A DNA stretch of 64,000 nt, taken from the IMG/VR virus record IMGVR_UViG_2770939586_000001; one strand, written 5' to 3'. This document shows, piece after piece, positions 37,401 through 45,258 of the stretch (within the stretch, counting starts at the first letter, position 1; each line of letters begins with the position of its first letter). Under the pieces are notes generated by a model. That model searched no databases, was not told the DNA's origin, and saw only the letters and a program-made list of their open reading frames with translations. Made by a program: the position numbers and the translations under genes. This stretch comes from a virus. Its lineage: Duplodnaviria > Caudoviricetes.

Positions 37401-40147
37401 CCGTTTTAGTCTCTGGATTGATTGGAGCAATAACAAAAGTGGGACTTACATTCGGCGCATATGCAATGGTGAACAAAGTACGAGAAAAAGTAGATAATAT
37501 TAATAAAAATATCCTAGCCGAAAAAATGGATATGAACCGCGCTGCTTTGAATGAGGAAGGACGCTACTTAAATACGCGTAGGCTACTGATTGATGATCGA
37601 TTAGCAGAGGGGAAAGTTAAACGTGATGGGCAAAATAAACTGCGTGGAGAGATAGAAGGTAGAAGAATCGAAGCGCAGGCGGAACTTTTATATGCGGAAG
37701 ATAATCTTAAAATATTACGTGATCGGCATCGCAAATTAGTAGCTAATCCTCTTTCAACACCAGAGGAGAGAGCAGCGAGTGGGACCGAGGTACAACAGGC
37801 AGCTAAAGAAGTAAGCCGGAAGAGAAGAGAAGTTCGTAAAGAAGAAAAAGCTATCATACGCATTGACAGTTCCGTAAGTAAAGAAGAAAAGGCATTGGGA
37901 GATGAGATGGCCTTGGTGTCTGCTCAGGCGCATCATTTAAACGAGCGGATGAAAGTATTGGATATAGCAACAACAGAGTTAGGCATAGATTCAAGTAAAT
38001 TGAAAAACGAGATGAATCAAATTTCTACGTCATTTGAAAATGGAAGTGTAGATGCTGCCAAATTTGAAAAAGCACTGAAAAAGATCCATCAAGAAGCAGG
38101 TCTTACTGGAAAAGAATTCGAGAAGTTGGATAAGGAACTCAAAAGACTATATGCAGACTATACCAAAACAGGTAGCACGATGACCCATCAGCAGTTCCAG
38201 CAAGGTGTGTCAAATATTCAAAGACAGCATATGACAGGATCGGCAGGATTACATGGTGGTGGACCAAACGGGCTGCCAGCAGAAGAACAGACCGGTGGCG
38301 GACTCGCTAATATGGTTATGGACACGGCACTGCTTGCTGGTGGAGCCAGCATGTTCAAGCAGGGAAGAAGTGCTTTGGGGAACATCGCATCTTATATAGG
38401 CTCCAAAGCAGCTCCTCTAGCTAAATTAGGCGGTAGACTATTTTTTGCATATGAGGCTTTGGACTACGGATTGAAGTTTTTAGACAATCTTAGTGTAGCA
38501 GCACTAGCTCCCTCTGATAAGGCAAGTGTAACGGCACAAAAATTGGATGAGATCGCCAAAGGATATCAGGCGATGCAAACAGAGTGGTATGATCTTTCAA
38601 GGATCGGACCGCAGATGGAATTAGGGAAAAATCGTATGGTACAAGGAATAACGCACTGGTTAACAGGAGAAGGTCCATCTTGGGATGATTATTCAAAGAT
38701 GGCGAAGTTACGAGCAGATAACCCGAATATGTCGAAAGAAGAGTTTTATCGCCTTGCAAAAAAAGAGTTGGGGATTGATGAATTAAAGGGAAAAGCTCAA
38801 TTAAAGCTTACGGAAGAGGATAACAAACAAACGGAGGCATTGCAGAAGTTAGAAATCACCCGATGGAGAGAAGTTCGCGAAACAGGTAAATTCTCCAACT
38901 TGTACGACGAGACTCAAGTAGCTCAAGCGTTAGAAATGCCGAATAAAGAGTTGACACACGGCATGTTTCAAGCTCAGTTGCAATATGAAAAAGGAAAATC
39001 AGATTTGTCCATTAAAGGGTTTCGTGAAGATTCTGCCGAGATGATGAAGTTAAACGATGAATTCTTTACAAAGCAACGTGAGCTGCTACAGATCAATATA
39101 AAAGTTATCGAAGACATGTTAAAACAAATGAAAGCAAAAGGTGATGATAATAACCCAACGTTCTGGGCTGCTGAAAATGAACTGGCGCAGAAAAAAATTC
39201 AAGATGAACAAATCTCTGCTCAACAAGAACAACAAAAGCGCCAAGGGGCTGTCAGCAATATTGAGTATCACTTTGACATTGCACAACGTATAACGCAAGC
39301 GGATACATCCATCGCGAGAGACCGCCTGATTATGGATGGAGTACGAGAAGATTCGCTGGCAGGAAGGCTATTAAACAAAGAAGGATTAAAAAAAGCAAAC
39401 AGCGACCTTGCAAAAGCGATCAAAGAACTACAGGAACAAGCGAGTTCAGGCAAGTTTTCAGGGGATGAACTAAGCGATTTACAAGCTAAAATTAAAGAGA
39501 GGCAGGCTGAACAAAGCAGAAACGATGTATCGTCTCATCAAATCGATAAATCAGCTGTAAGTGACATCGATTTCAGGCTTGGGCGAGCGAAGAAAGAAGC
39601 ACAACTCCAAGCACAGATGAAGCACGATAACTTAATGATTGCAGGAGCGAAGGCGGATTCTATCAGCGTGCGTCTTGCAGATGTCGAAGGGTTAAAAATG
39701 CAAAACGTACAACTTTCTTCCGCGTTGGCAGAGCTACAGAAACAACTCAACAGCGGGAATTTCAAAGGTGATGATCTGAAAGATATTCAATTGCGTATGC
39801 TAGAGATTCAGGCAGAGCAGAAAGATAACCTAGTGAAAATTCGTGAGAAGTTAACAAACAGCCTATCTACGTATAACCTACCATCCGGCATACAAGGGAT
39901 GACATACCAGGAAGCTATGCAACGGAAAAATGACTATCGTTCGTATGCGATAACAGATGGCAATACGATCGTCAATGTGAACGTACCTGTGCAGGGGCAT
40001 TTTGGTGATGAAAATGTGGCAAAGCAACGTGGTCAAGCTACAGCGCGGCAGGTGGCGCAGGAAGTGGCAAATACGTTGAGTCGTCAGGTTAAATCATTCG
40101 GGGCAGGAGTTGGATATTTTAGCCCGTTCTCAGGCGGGCGTGCATAG
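31439..40147 (+). CDS. Tape measure protein (~2900 aa)
   Basis: Very long helical protein after the chaperones; TP901-type core (IADMMIMATKTSQATITDL, QSGNLGGTFYK). Confidence 0.88.
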   Translation: MSEEKHTLATEIELLFGNAVSETERLANAMALLNTSVTASEGKLNLSQLVSDVSKLKEALSGEGKFIAELDGGNIKKRVESFLNNAINNMQIELKHETRGRKANQIDVSQETGKLAEQAHKQMMAEVKKAIEEGIVPESFRVKGAAGKVNVDVLKLNNIDEMIKLTAQAGYEGAVDTLNRIKNRVTQSQMEQEGFKFTIPSNAVNAIKNTIQDKIIAAMENANVNGNFKPVASFNLQSLDLIQKRMRTALEESINKNLEFEFINGKTKEKVPFKFTFTTELMHRVTEMAQRELANVLVQPGSVKLPEGFTGADLKINVSGLEETLNKIKAWLAAVNRHLLTTDTEVNTLVSSGAGMESFQQQVTAVSEKIKRITGMLGQVHVSDDTAGLTAFIKEVDALQGSLVHFLNVYKKIPATMRSSFDEQLSVVLKEYESTVSQLKSQVSLKGLSEGVATLQKKMQDSIEQTFAQLMKEAPPTIDAEKLLAVYKAWSGSLTEHLGQLSAEELKRVTVALVSESEGIQGQVTRSLQKLLHVAMPTQVEGEGITLPYHDVQERVKTNVQAFVRQLVSEFEITRPPKEGEGLGVSIEMPKQAIERVQTMLKSMVEEQLREIAAQTGKQKPSLSGEEAKQMDALLYAESKQFLNLVVDQARSIAKSFTDGISKDGFATFTQEERGKVRDELLKGIGHIVSELSTTIQVLLKSFSVPTDLQVVTGGKTAGMLQQIMENIDREIIRHMDQIQSVVEGGTGAKTTSRLHRLKTELSALEHGSIPKAEIERLKKEDDAYRFFTALSQAGVARPKQGDDQYGKFYVSKDPLTGEKVQPEIPKWVRSLFAPSDTGVSFSHAARSLSENYPNLGIHSEDALMERLKVLANRYKGFRDIEENIRRQMMTEADQAVADHIRADIARLERKERLLRAARNYTPKGRSYRIKDESWEPLANSFSRESQMYGGNIPRFSQEEVQTIVEQKREGNAPVRELREKLTTTQTALAKEIEDKIINNADSSMRDLALAIREIQLPPMEFTIVGRIRSWMQQIQDETMHVLERMVDSSLRPVLEHGVPFPAHNTGQPFIHAGQPYPPGFNPFGGPVPPSLVPINVPHADGGMVRTDFDQMHALERQALINAERIQNRFNDLMQKGTFTQENFASLTNFLNAYQSEVRAAAGRYRNVLTQLGTDGITGTEDQTVARLLAEARTRLREEANLAKQRLDHYIENSFKPANQSDALTKRLLQQELKNIGYLDAADLNMQKMQTKFHGKLDVSQMQLLNDELLRYQKRAEQLGSMRLLNEEDILASKREIQHLNQLLASISARYSQLAKQATEVAKQQRAEEKRGELIGQHNLLRGRTPFQFNQIENVLKSLPSLNQHEVVLKRISDSTNTWSATVADANGNVRTLTGTIDRATGEIFKHAESLAAAKKAQQELIKQSEHDIFATGNQGRRRSMDGYMSPSTAFVNEEYHPIAPGGDMKSFIGSITNTIRYILSGYLINLPMALMQGATDTFKDMELEVMRAKQNFYVKDSSSDKSMLNAAVFRLAELNEAAKLKNADPEIKKKYSDDRYNDNAEYKKMLEEEKQRTVSMTSDEAVRKIKKISYIYATEIEDTSKIFAVASRRIQDPNEAMAMTRAVSKVTMFDETKNVEQLSQGFEAILSQWGVNGYGLEKIADMMIMATKTSQATITDLIQTQQRAGAIFRNGLPNMDKETALATSIAFSSIFNQATAQSGNLGGTFYKNMVERPYTADMAAMLARYSEQPIFKNAGIDLNPYTVDANGTRHRKDFTEVFFNLMDAKKVTDDAGMSKILVPVIQRWYLGQANAIEAFIADVEHSTEAMNKSMEKFDEVEGKPHKKEEKKTQEELRSELENRLKNASPEIRDKMLANFAGDKVNDIMKMTRENVEMKLKQLDEIEGKPHKKIEGKSINAFNEFRDRIKNVSPETIAKLEAMNMDTLSFQERRLKVSWEIASTNVLEQFRGDFTGLITRLNILLKALGNHSVLVSGLIGAITKVGLTFGAYAMVNKVREKVDNINKNILAEKMDMNRAALNEEGRYLNTRRLLIDDRLAEGKVKRDGQNKLRGEIEGRRIEAQAELLYAEDNLKILRDRHRKLVANPLSTPEERAASGTEVQQAAKEVSRKRREVRKEEKAIIRIDSSVSKEEKALGDEMALVSAQAHHLNERMKVLDIATTELGIDSSKLKNEMNQISTSFENGSVDAAKFEKALKKIHQEAGLTGKEFEKLDKELKRLYADYTKTGSTMTHQQFQQGVSNIQRQHMTGSAGLHGGGPNGLPAEEQTGGGLANMVMDTALLAGGASMFKQGRSALGNIASYIGSKAAPLAKLGGRLFFAYEALDYGLKFLDNLSVAALAPSDKASVTAQKLDEIAKGYQAMQTEWYDLSRIGPQMELGKNRMVQGITHWLTGEGPSWDDYSKMAKLRADNPNMSKEEFYRLAKKELGIDELKGKAQLKLTEEDNKQTEALQKLEITRWREVRETGKFSNLYDETQVAQALEMPNKELTHGMFQAQLQYEKGKSDLSIKGFREDSAEMMKLNDEFFTKQRELLQINIKVIEDMLKQMKAKGDDNNPTFWAAENELAQKKIQDEQISAQQEQQKRQGAVSNIEYHFDIAQRITQADTSIARDRLIMDGVREDSLAGRLLNKEGLKKANSDLAKAIKELQEQASSGKFSGDELSDLQAKIKERQAEQSRNDVSSHQIDKSAVSDIDFRLGRAKKEAQLQAQMKHDNLMIAGAKADSISVRLADVEGLKMQNVQLSSALAELQKQLNSGNFKGDDLKDIQLRMLEIQAEQKDNLVKIREKLTNSLSTYNLPSGIQGMTYQEAMQRKNDYRSYAITDGNTIVNVNVPVQGHFGDENVAKQRGQATARQVAQEVANTLSRQVKSFGAGVGYFSPFSGGRA

Positions 40148-40155
40148 TATAGTGA

Positions 40156-40189
40156 AAGTCGTTACCGATTGGTAGCGGCTTTTCTTTTT
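40156..40189 (+). terminator. Intrinsic terminator
   Basis: AAGTCGTTACC-GATT-GGTAGCGGCTT-TTCTTTT. Confidence 0.75.
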
Positions 40190-40394
40190 ATCGAAGGGTT
40201 TTTCTTCTATGATTAAATGTTTTAATGTTATTTACGAGTGTTCATGTTTCTTTATTACGAGATATGTAAGTGCTGTTTATTGTTGATGGGGAAAGAAGAG
40301 TAACTGAGACATAGTAGCATAAATAAAACCCCATCTTAAAGACAGGGTTTGTCATTTAGTTTGTTTTCAGTTAATAATAAAAATTTTCTTTTTA

Positions 40395-41717
40395 TTATTT
40401 CACAAATGGTATTTGTGGTAAAGCACACCATGACGCAATTGTATTATAATGCTTGGCTAATTTTTTAACTAGTTCAATACCTTCGTTTGCTGTAGTAATA
40501 GATTTGCTAACATTACTTTCTGCATTATTGATATTCTCAAGGAATTTTTGCAACTTAGGTATGCTTGGAGAGTCCTTTAAGTGGCTTACATCCGTTTCTG
40601 ACAAGTCGTCTTTTATTTCATCTAGTAATTCAATATCATGTGGGGAATTCAATAAACCACTTAAACTCTTTATGGTCTCAATAATATTACTTAACTCGTT
40701 ATGTATATTATTCTGTTGGCTTAAAGATGTTTCAACTGTAATTACAGGTGATACGTGAATGGTAGGAGGTAAGGCTGGTTTTGCTAGTCCATTACTTATA
40801 ATATCAAGAAGCTTATCAATTTGATTCTTTTGGAACGTCAATATATCATTTTGATTTTCAATGCGTAACTTTGCGATTCTGAGTTCGTTTTTTAGTTCGA
40901 GTATTTGTGTAGCTGAAGCAAAGTATTCCTCAGGCTTAATTTCACCTTTTACGACTAACTCATATTCTTCTAATGCTTGTTCAATAATATGCTTATTGCC
41001 ATCTTCAGACTCTATAATCATTTTAACTACTAAACCATCTTGTATGATTTTTACAGTTGCTGGTGTATTTGGATACTTTTCTTGAAGGATTTTGTTAAAA
41101 TAGCTAAGTATACCTAAGCCAGCTTGATAATATTCAGGTGGAAATTCAATACTCCTATTTATTACTACTTTATTATCAAACCCCTCTATAATACTAGGGA
41201 TATTGGTAACTTGTAATGGTGTTTCATACTCGGAGATACCAAGTATAAGGAAAGGATAATTTATAGAAAGTGGAGATAAATCTTCAAGTTCCCTTGCACT
41301 GTTTTCAAAATAAGCTATAGGATTTGGTCCACCAAAAATTTTATTGGTTGATTCTTTCGTAAGCACAATAAGTATTGGTATTTCACAAACGGTTTCTTTT
41401 ACTGCTAAGTTACTTCTTTTAAATAACCATGAAGTAAAAGTCTGAGTACTTCCTGAGGCTGTCGTGACTGCCACCATATTTTTTATAATTCCAATATGTG
41501 GATATCTTTTACTTTCTAACCAACCATATGTTTGCAAATTGAAGTCTAATTTATTGATAAAACGTCTTATATTTTTATAGTGTGGTTCTTCTAAAGCCAT
41601 ATAATCGGCGAGGTTAATGTTTTCCACGGATTTAATTATATCAATAAATTCCTCTGGGTATTTTTTATTTAGTTTTTCCCATGCATCTAAGTAACTAATA
41701 ACCGAATTTAAAAACAT
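40395..41717 (-). CDS. AT-rich moron: degenerate BglII/BstYI-like domain fused to a coiled-coil domain
   Basis: GW.E, IKNMVAV, YFE, PFLILGI recall the BglII/BstYI fold; RSIEFPPEYYQAGLGILSYF central domain. Confidence 0.55.
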   Translation of the reverse strand: MFLNSVISYLDAWEKLNKKYPEEFIDIIKSVENINLADYMALEEPHYKNIRRFINKLDFNLQTYGWLESKRYPHIGIIKNMVAVTTASGSTQTFTSWLFKRSNLAVKETVCEIPILIVLTKESTNKIFGGPNPIAYFENSARELEDLSPLSINYPFLILGISEYETPLQVTNIPSIIEGFDNKVVINRSIEFPPEYYQAGLGILSYFNKILQEKYPNTPATVKIIQDGLVVKMIIESEDGNKHIIEQALEEYELVVKGEIKPEEYFASATQILELKNELRIAKLRIENQNDILTFQKNQIDKLLDIISNGLAKPALPPTIHVSPVITVETSLSQQNNIHNELSNIIETIKSLSGLLNSPHDIELLDEIKDDLSETDVSHLKDSPSIPKLQKFLENINNAESNVSKSITTANEGIELVKKLAKHYNTIASWCALPQIPFVK

Positions 41718-41992
41718 GATTTTTCCCCCTAAACTATTAGATGTAATAATTTTTATTTTTAAAACTATATCATTAGCAACTTATTCTTAAATGAATAATT
41801 ATGAAACTTATGATAGTTAATAAAAGTATAGGTTATTAAAGATTAAATTTAATGAATATGTAAGATAATATAAAATCAATTAAACTAACGAAAAAATATC
41901 ATGACGAGTATAGGGATATTTTTATTTTACCTAAGTTTCCAACAAATGTGAACTTGGCTGGTGTAAAATGTAGGAAAAAAGGAGGCGGGGCT

Positions 41993-42184
41993 GTGAAAGT
42001 TGCTAAATATGCAGGGATAGCAATTATAACTTTGTGTTTGTTGGTACTGGCCGGTGTATATGTGTAGCAGAAGTTTTTTCCGTTTGAGAAGGGTGCAAAA
42101 ACGGTTAATGCGGATAAGAAACCAGAGCAGGAAGTGAAGCAAGAGGAGAAAAGGGAAGCTGTATCAATAAGAGACATACACTAA
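41993..42184 (+). pseudogene. Truncated membrane-anchored protein remnant
   Basis: AAGGAGG RBS; MKVAKYAGIAIITLCLLVLAGVYV*QKFF...; in-frame TAG at 42065; ends at the TA terminator. Confidence 0.5.
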
Positions 42185-42221
42185 AAAAGACCGTCTGGTG
42201 CTGGTAACACCAAAACGGTCT
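42183..42221 (-). terminator. Terminator of the type I toxin mRNA
   Basis: AGACCG...CGGTCT stem with a T run on the minus strand. Confidence 0.7.
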
Positions 42222-42235
42222 ATGTACAATAGACA

Positions 42236-42322
42236 TTCCCCAAGGGGGATGGCTCAGATGATGGATAGAGCAAGAAAAAGGTCCCCGGTGTTCGCCAAAA
42301 CTCAAGGGGGCCTATTTCTTTT
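42236..42322 (+). ncRNA. Putative convergent antisense antitoxin RNA (RatA/SR5-like layout)
   Basis: TACAAT -10 at 42225; terminator stem 42272-42320 overlapping the toxin stop; ends approximate. Confidence 0.55.
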
Positions 42323-42395
42323 GATTAAATGACAGCATCGCAACAATCAGCGATCCGAAAGCGACCATTAACATTAACGCCTCGTATACTGTCAT
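42312..42395 (-). CDS. Type I holin-like toxin peptide (BsrE/TxpA-like, 27 aa)
   Basis: MTVYEALMLMVAFGSLIVAMLSFNQKK; AAAGGGGGTG RBS sequestered by an upstream ATCCCC. Confidence 0.88.
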   Translation of the reverse strand: MTVYEALMLMVAFGSLIVAMLSFNQKK

Positions 42396-42639
42396 GGCGT
42401 CACCCCCTTTCTATCGGGGATGAGCCAACCCACCTTAGGGAGCCGTATCTATTTGTACGAGGTTGATTCTACATATTTTACTTTTGACTATTACTAAATT
42501 CTTATAATAAACGTGAGAAGATGTTTATGTAGATTGTTCGCAATAACAGTTTTTGAGTGCGATTTTTTTGTAGATAATTCTACCAAAATTTAATAAAATG
42601 AAAATTAGGAAAACAATAGATGTGGAGGATAATATATTA

Positions 42640-43185
42640 ATGATAAAAAAACTCGAAATAAATATAAAATCAGAAGAGATTATATCATCAAGTGATTTGC
42701 AAGAGCGGTATGAGGAAATTAGCCAAGAGCTTAATGATACAACTATACGAAAGTATGTGGTATTTAAAGAAAATAAACCTGATGTCATTATTATTAATCC
42801 ACTACAATATGAGTTGTTTTTAAAACAATTAGATGAATACTCGATGTTAAGAAAAAGTCGTGATGAAAGTGTTGAGAAATTTTTAGTTGAATGTATAGAG
42901 AAAGTAGAGAAAAACACATTTTATTATTTTTGTGAACCATGTCATATACTCTTTTCTTCTGAAAAAAATATCATGAAGAAAGAAGAGGTTATTTGCCCAA
43001 CATGCTATAAAAGTCATCCTGATAGTAAATTTGGAATTTTAGATATAGACAGTTGTAGTAAAAACGCTGCAAAGATTCTTACACATAAGTTAACAAATTA
43101 TTATTCATTCTTAGTTGTTGATCAACTTGAAATAAAAATAGCAAACGACAAAAAGTCTCTTAAAATAGATGTTATACTGGATTAA
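42640..43185 (+). CDS. Phd/YefM-like domain plus zinc-ribbon protein
   Basis: IISSSDLQERYEEI..YVVFKENKPDVIIINPLQYE; CEPC..CPTC; GGAGG RBS. Confidence 0.55.
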   Translation: MIKKLEINIKSEEIISSSDLQERYEEISQELNDTTIRKYVVFKENKPDVIIINPLQYELFLKQLDEYSMLRKSRDESVEKFLVECIEKVEKNTFYYFCEPCHILFSSEKNIMKKEEVICPTCYKSHPDSKFGILDIDSCSKNAAKILTHKLTNYYSFLVVDQLEIKIANDKKSLKIDVILD

Positions 43186-43189
43186 GATC

Positions 43190-43218
43190 ACCGAGCTGGC
43201 TAGCTCGGTTTTTCTTTT
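43190..43218 (+). terminator. Intrinsic terminator
   Basis: ACCGAGCT-GGCT-AGCTCGGT followed by TTTTCTTTT. Confidence 0.75.
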
Positions 43219-43274
43219 GAATGCATTCAACACCTCTTTACTATGCATATTCTACTTATTGAGGTGATTTTTTT

Positions 43275-43883
43275 ATGTCGCAAATTAGACCGTTTGACAA
43301 CGCCAACGAATCGCATAAACGAAAACTTTTCTATGCAACAGGTGTCGCCGGAGCTGAGTGGAGTGAAGTACCAGCACGTATCATCGAGCCATACCAACCA
43401 CCGACACCTTCCCTGCGAGTCAAAGAGAATAAGATCATAAACGCTCCATCAGATTTAACCGGCAGTACTACAGCAAGCTATCGAACAAAGATGCGCCTGC
43501 TGTTTCAAACTCGGCAAGATTTGTCGTCATATCTCATTTATATAAACTTCCCACACAAATTTTACGATGAGCGGGGCGCAATCTATATCGGATCAGTCGA
43601 TGACCACGTCCCAAGTGTGTATGAAGCACTACAACGCTATATTGTGGAAATATCCATAATCATGACCCGTAAAGACCAGTATGACAAGAAATATGACAAT
43701 CCATTCATCGATACTGATCCGAACGCCTGGTATTACCAAGACATGCTAGAACTCATCGACATGGGCGTGATTGCCGGGAAAACAGATACAACGTTTCAAC
43801 CAAACGGTTACGTTACACGGGCCGAGTTTACAGCACTGCTTAACCGGATGCGGCGATTCGTTGAGCTGACGATTCGAACATAG
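43275..43883 (+). CDS. Distal-tail-position protein with C-terminal SLH domain
   Basis: FIDTDPNAWYY..MGVIAGKTDTTFQPNGYVTRAEFTALLNR. Confidence 0.8.
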   Translation: MSQIRPFDNANESHKRKLFYATGVAGAEWSEVPARIIEPYQPPTPSLRVKENKIINAPSDLTGSTTASYRTKMRLLFQTRQDLSSYLIYINFPHKFYDERGAIYIGSVDDHVPSVYEALQRYIVEISIIMTRKDQYDKKYDNPFIDTDPNAWYYQDMLELIDMGVIAGKTDTTFQPNGYVTRAEFTALLNRMRRFVELTIRT

Positions 43884-43894
43884 GAGATGAGAGT

Positions 43895-45253
43895 ATGACA
43901 GTACGTGGGTTTGTAGATGTAACACCCGACAAATGGTTCTACGATGATGTAATGGATTGTGCTAACTACATGTTAGAAGATGATTCACCGCTGGTAGTCG
44001 GGATTCCATATTGTTCATTTGAAGCAGGTAAGCCGAATTATATCAAGGAGTTTAAAGATAACGGACAGGTTATTTTCACGTTGGACGTAGCGCTAACGAT
44101 TACAGCGGATAATCCGTTATTGGTGTATATTGATGGCATACAAACGTTTTATCGGGAAGCGAAAGATGTAAACGGAAAAACAACCGTAACGATGTATGCT
44201 CCGGTTAATGGGCAGGTACTATTCAAATACATCGGTTCACCACGTATGCGCCGCATTGATGTCACGAACACATTAGACGGACACGGAAAGCCAGCAGGAG
44301 ATTGTTCACCTGGTCTGGAATATCCTCATTACCAGCTTCAATTTGGCAAGGAAGCTGATAAGTCAATCTATGAATATGTGTATAATCCTAACAGCCGTAC
44401 TTTCTTTGAAAATGTATCGTGCGCCGGAACGCAGTTAAAACGTGTTCATATCCCTAACGGTGAATGGTACATATCCGACCATAACGAGCTGCTGACAAAG
44501 TATATTGGTGACAAGCCGAATCTATACATTATCACACCGGGCGGTAATATCTACTGTTCATTCAACGTTGCGAATATCAAATGTAACATTCGGTATCAGA
44601 TGAAAGTGCGTGGTATCCTGATGAATACGGGCGGTGACTTTATTCCAGTATCACAGAAAGTGAAGTACCTTGATCGCTTTTTCCCGGACGGTCATCTGAC
44701 AAGAGCGGAAGCTTTTGCGATTGTAGACCGATTACGGCGCTCGTATTATCAACGTTTCACAGATTCGGAGCCGCCAAGTGCTGTCATTAACGATACGTTT
44801 GTCGCGGAATCTTGCCAGGACAGCTTTGTGACTTCATCCCGTTTTCGAGTAGGAGAGCAACTAGAAATAAAGGTGAATGGATTTTTGAAGCAAGTCGGTA
44901 TTGATTATGTGCATGCCAATGACCATACGATTCAATTCAAGTATAACGTGCCCGAAGGTTCAGTCGTAACAATCAAGCGAGTCAAGCAGGAGAGTATATT
45001 TTTCGACGGGAGATTGTTTGATCAGTATTTATCTGATGGGAGCAAGAATTCGAAAAACCTACTGAACACATGGTATCGCGACACCGTAATCAGTATGGAG
45101 AATGAACGGACAAGATCAGGAGATGCATTGGTTGTAGGGGTACCACATGAAGATGTGATTAAGTTTGATGGCGAAGAATATATGACGCGAGCGCAGGCTG
45201 TTGTATTGCTGAATCGTTTCAGAAAATGGGCGATTGAAACTTTCAAGGGGTGA
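43895..45253 (+). CDS. Tail protein with split SLH motifs
   Basis: FVDVTPDKWFYDDV; FFPDGHLTRAEAFAIVDR; FDGEEYMTRAQAVVLLNR. Confidence 0.7.
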   Translation: MTVRGFVDVTPDKWFYDDVMDCANYMLEDDSPLVVGIPYCSFEAGKPNYIKEFKDNGQVIFTLDVALTITADNPLLVYIDGIQTFYREAKDVNGKTTVTMYAPVNGQVLFKYIGSPRMRRIDVTNTLDGHGKPAGDCSPGLEYPHYQLQFGKEADKSIYEYVYNPNSRTFFENVSCAGTQLKRVHIPNGEWYISDHNELLTKYIGDKPNLYIITPGGNIYCSFNVANIKCNIRYQMKVRGILMNTGGDFIPVSQKVKYLDRFFPDGHLTRAEAFAIVDRLRRSYYQRFTDSEPPSAVINDTFVAESCQDSFVTSSRFRVGEQLEIKVNGFLKQVGIDYVHANDHTIQFKYNVPEGSVVTIKRVKQESIFFDGRLFDQYLSDGSKNSKNLLNTWYRDTVISMENERTRSGDALVVGVPHEDVIKFDGEEYMTRAQAVVLLNRFRKWAIETFKG

Positions 45254-45258
45254 TATGT

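Noticed and set aside
42484-42508. TTGACT...TATAAT promoter
   Set aside because: The spacer is only 13 bp
43217-43252. Sigma-G-like promoter GCATT-N18-CATATTC overlapping the palindrome TTGAATGCATTCAA
   Set aside because: Both boxes deviate from consensus and forespore-specific expression of tail genes is not otherwise supported
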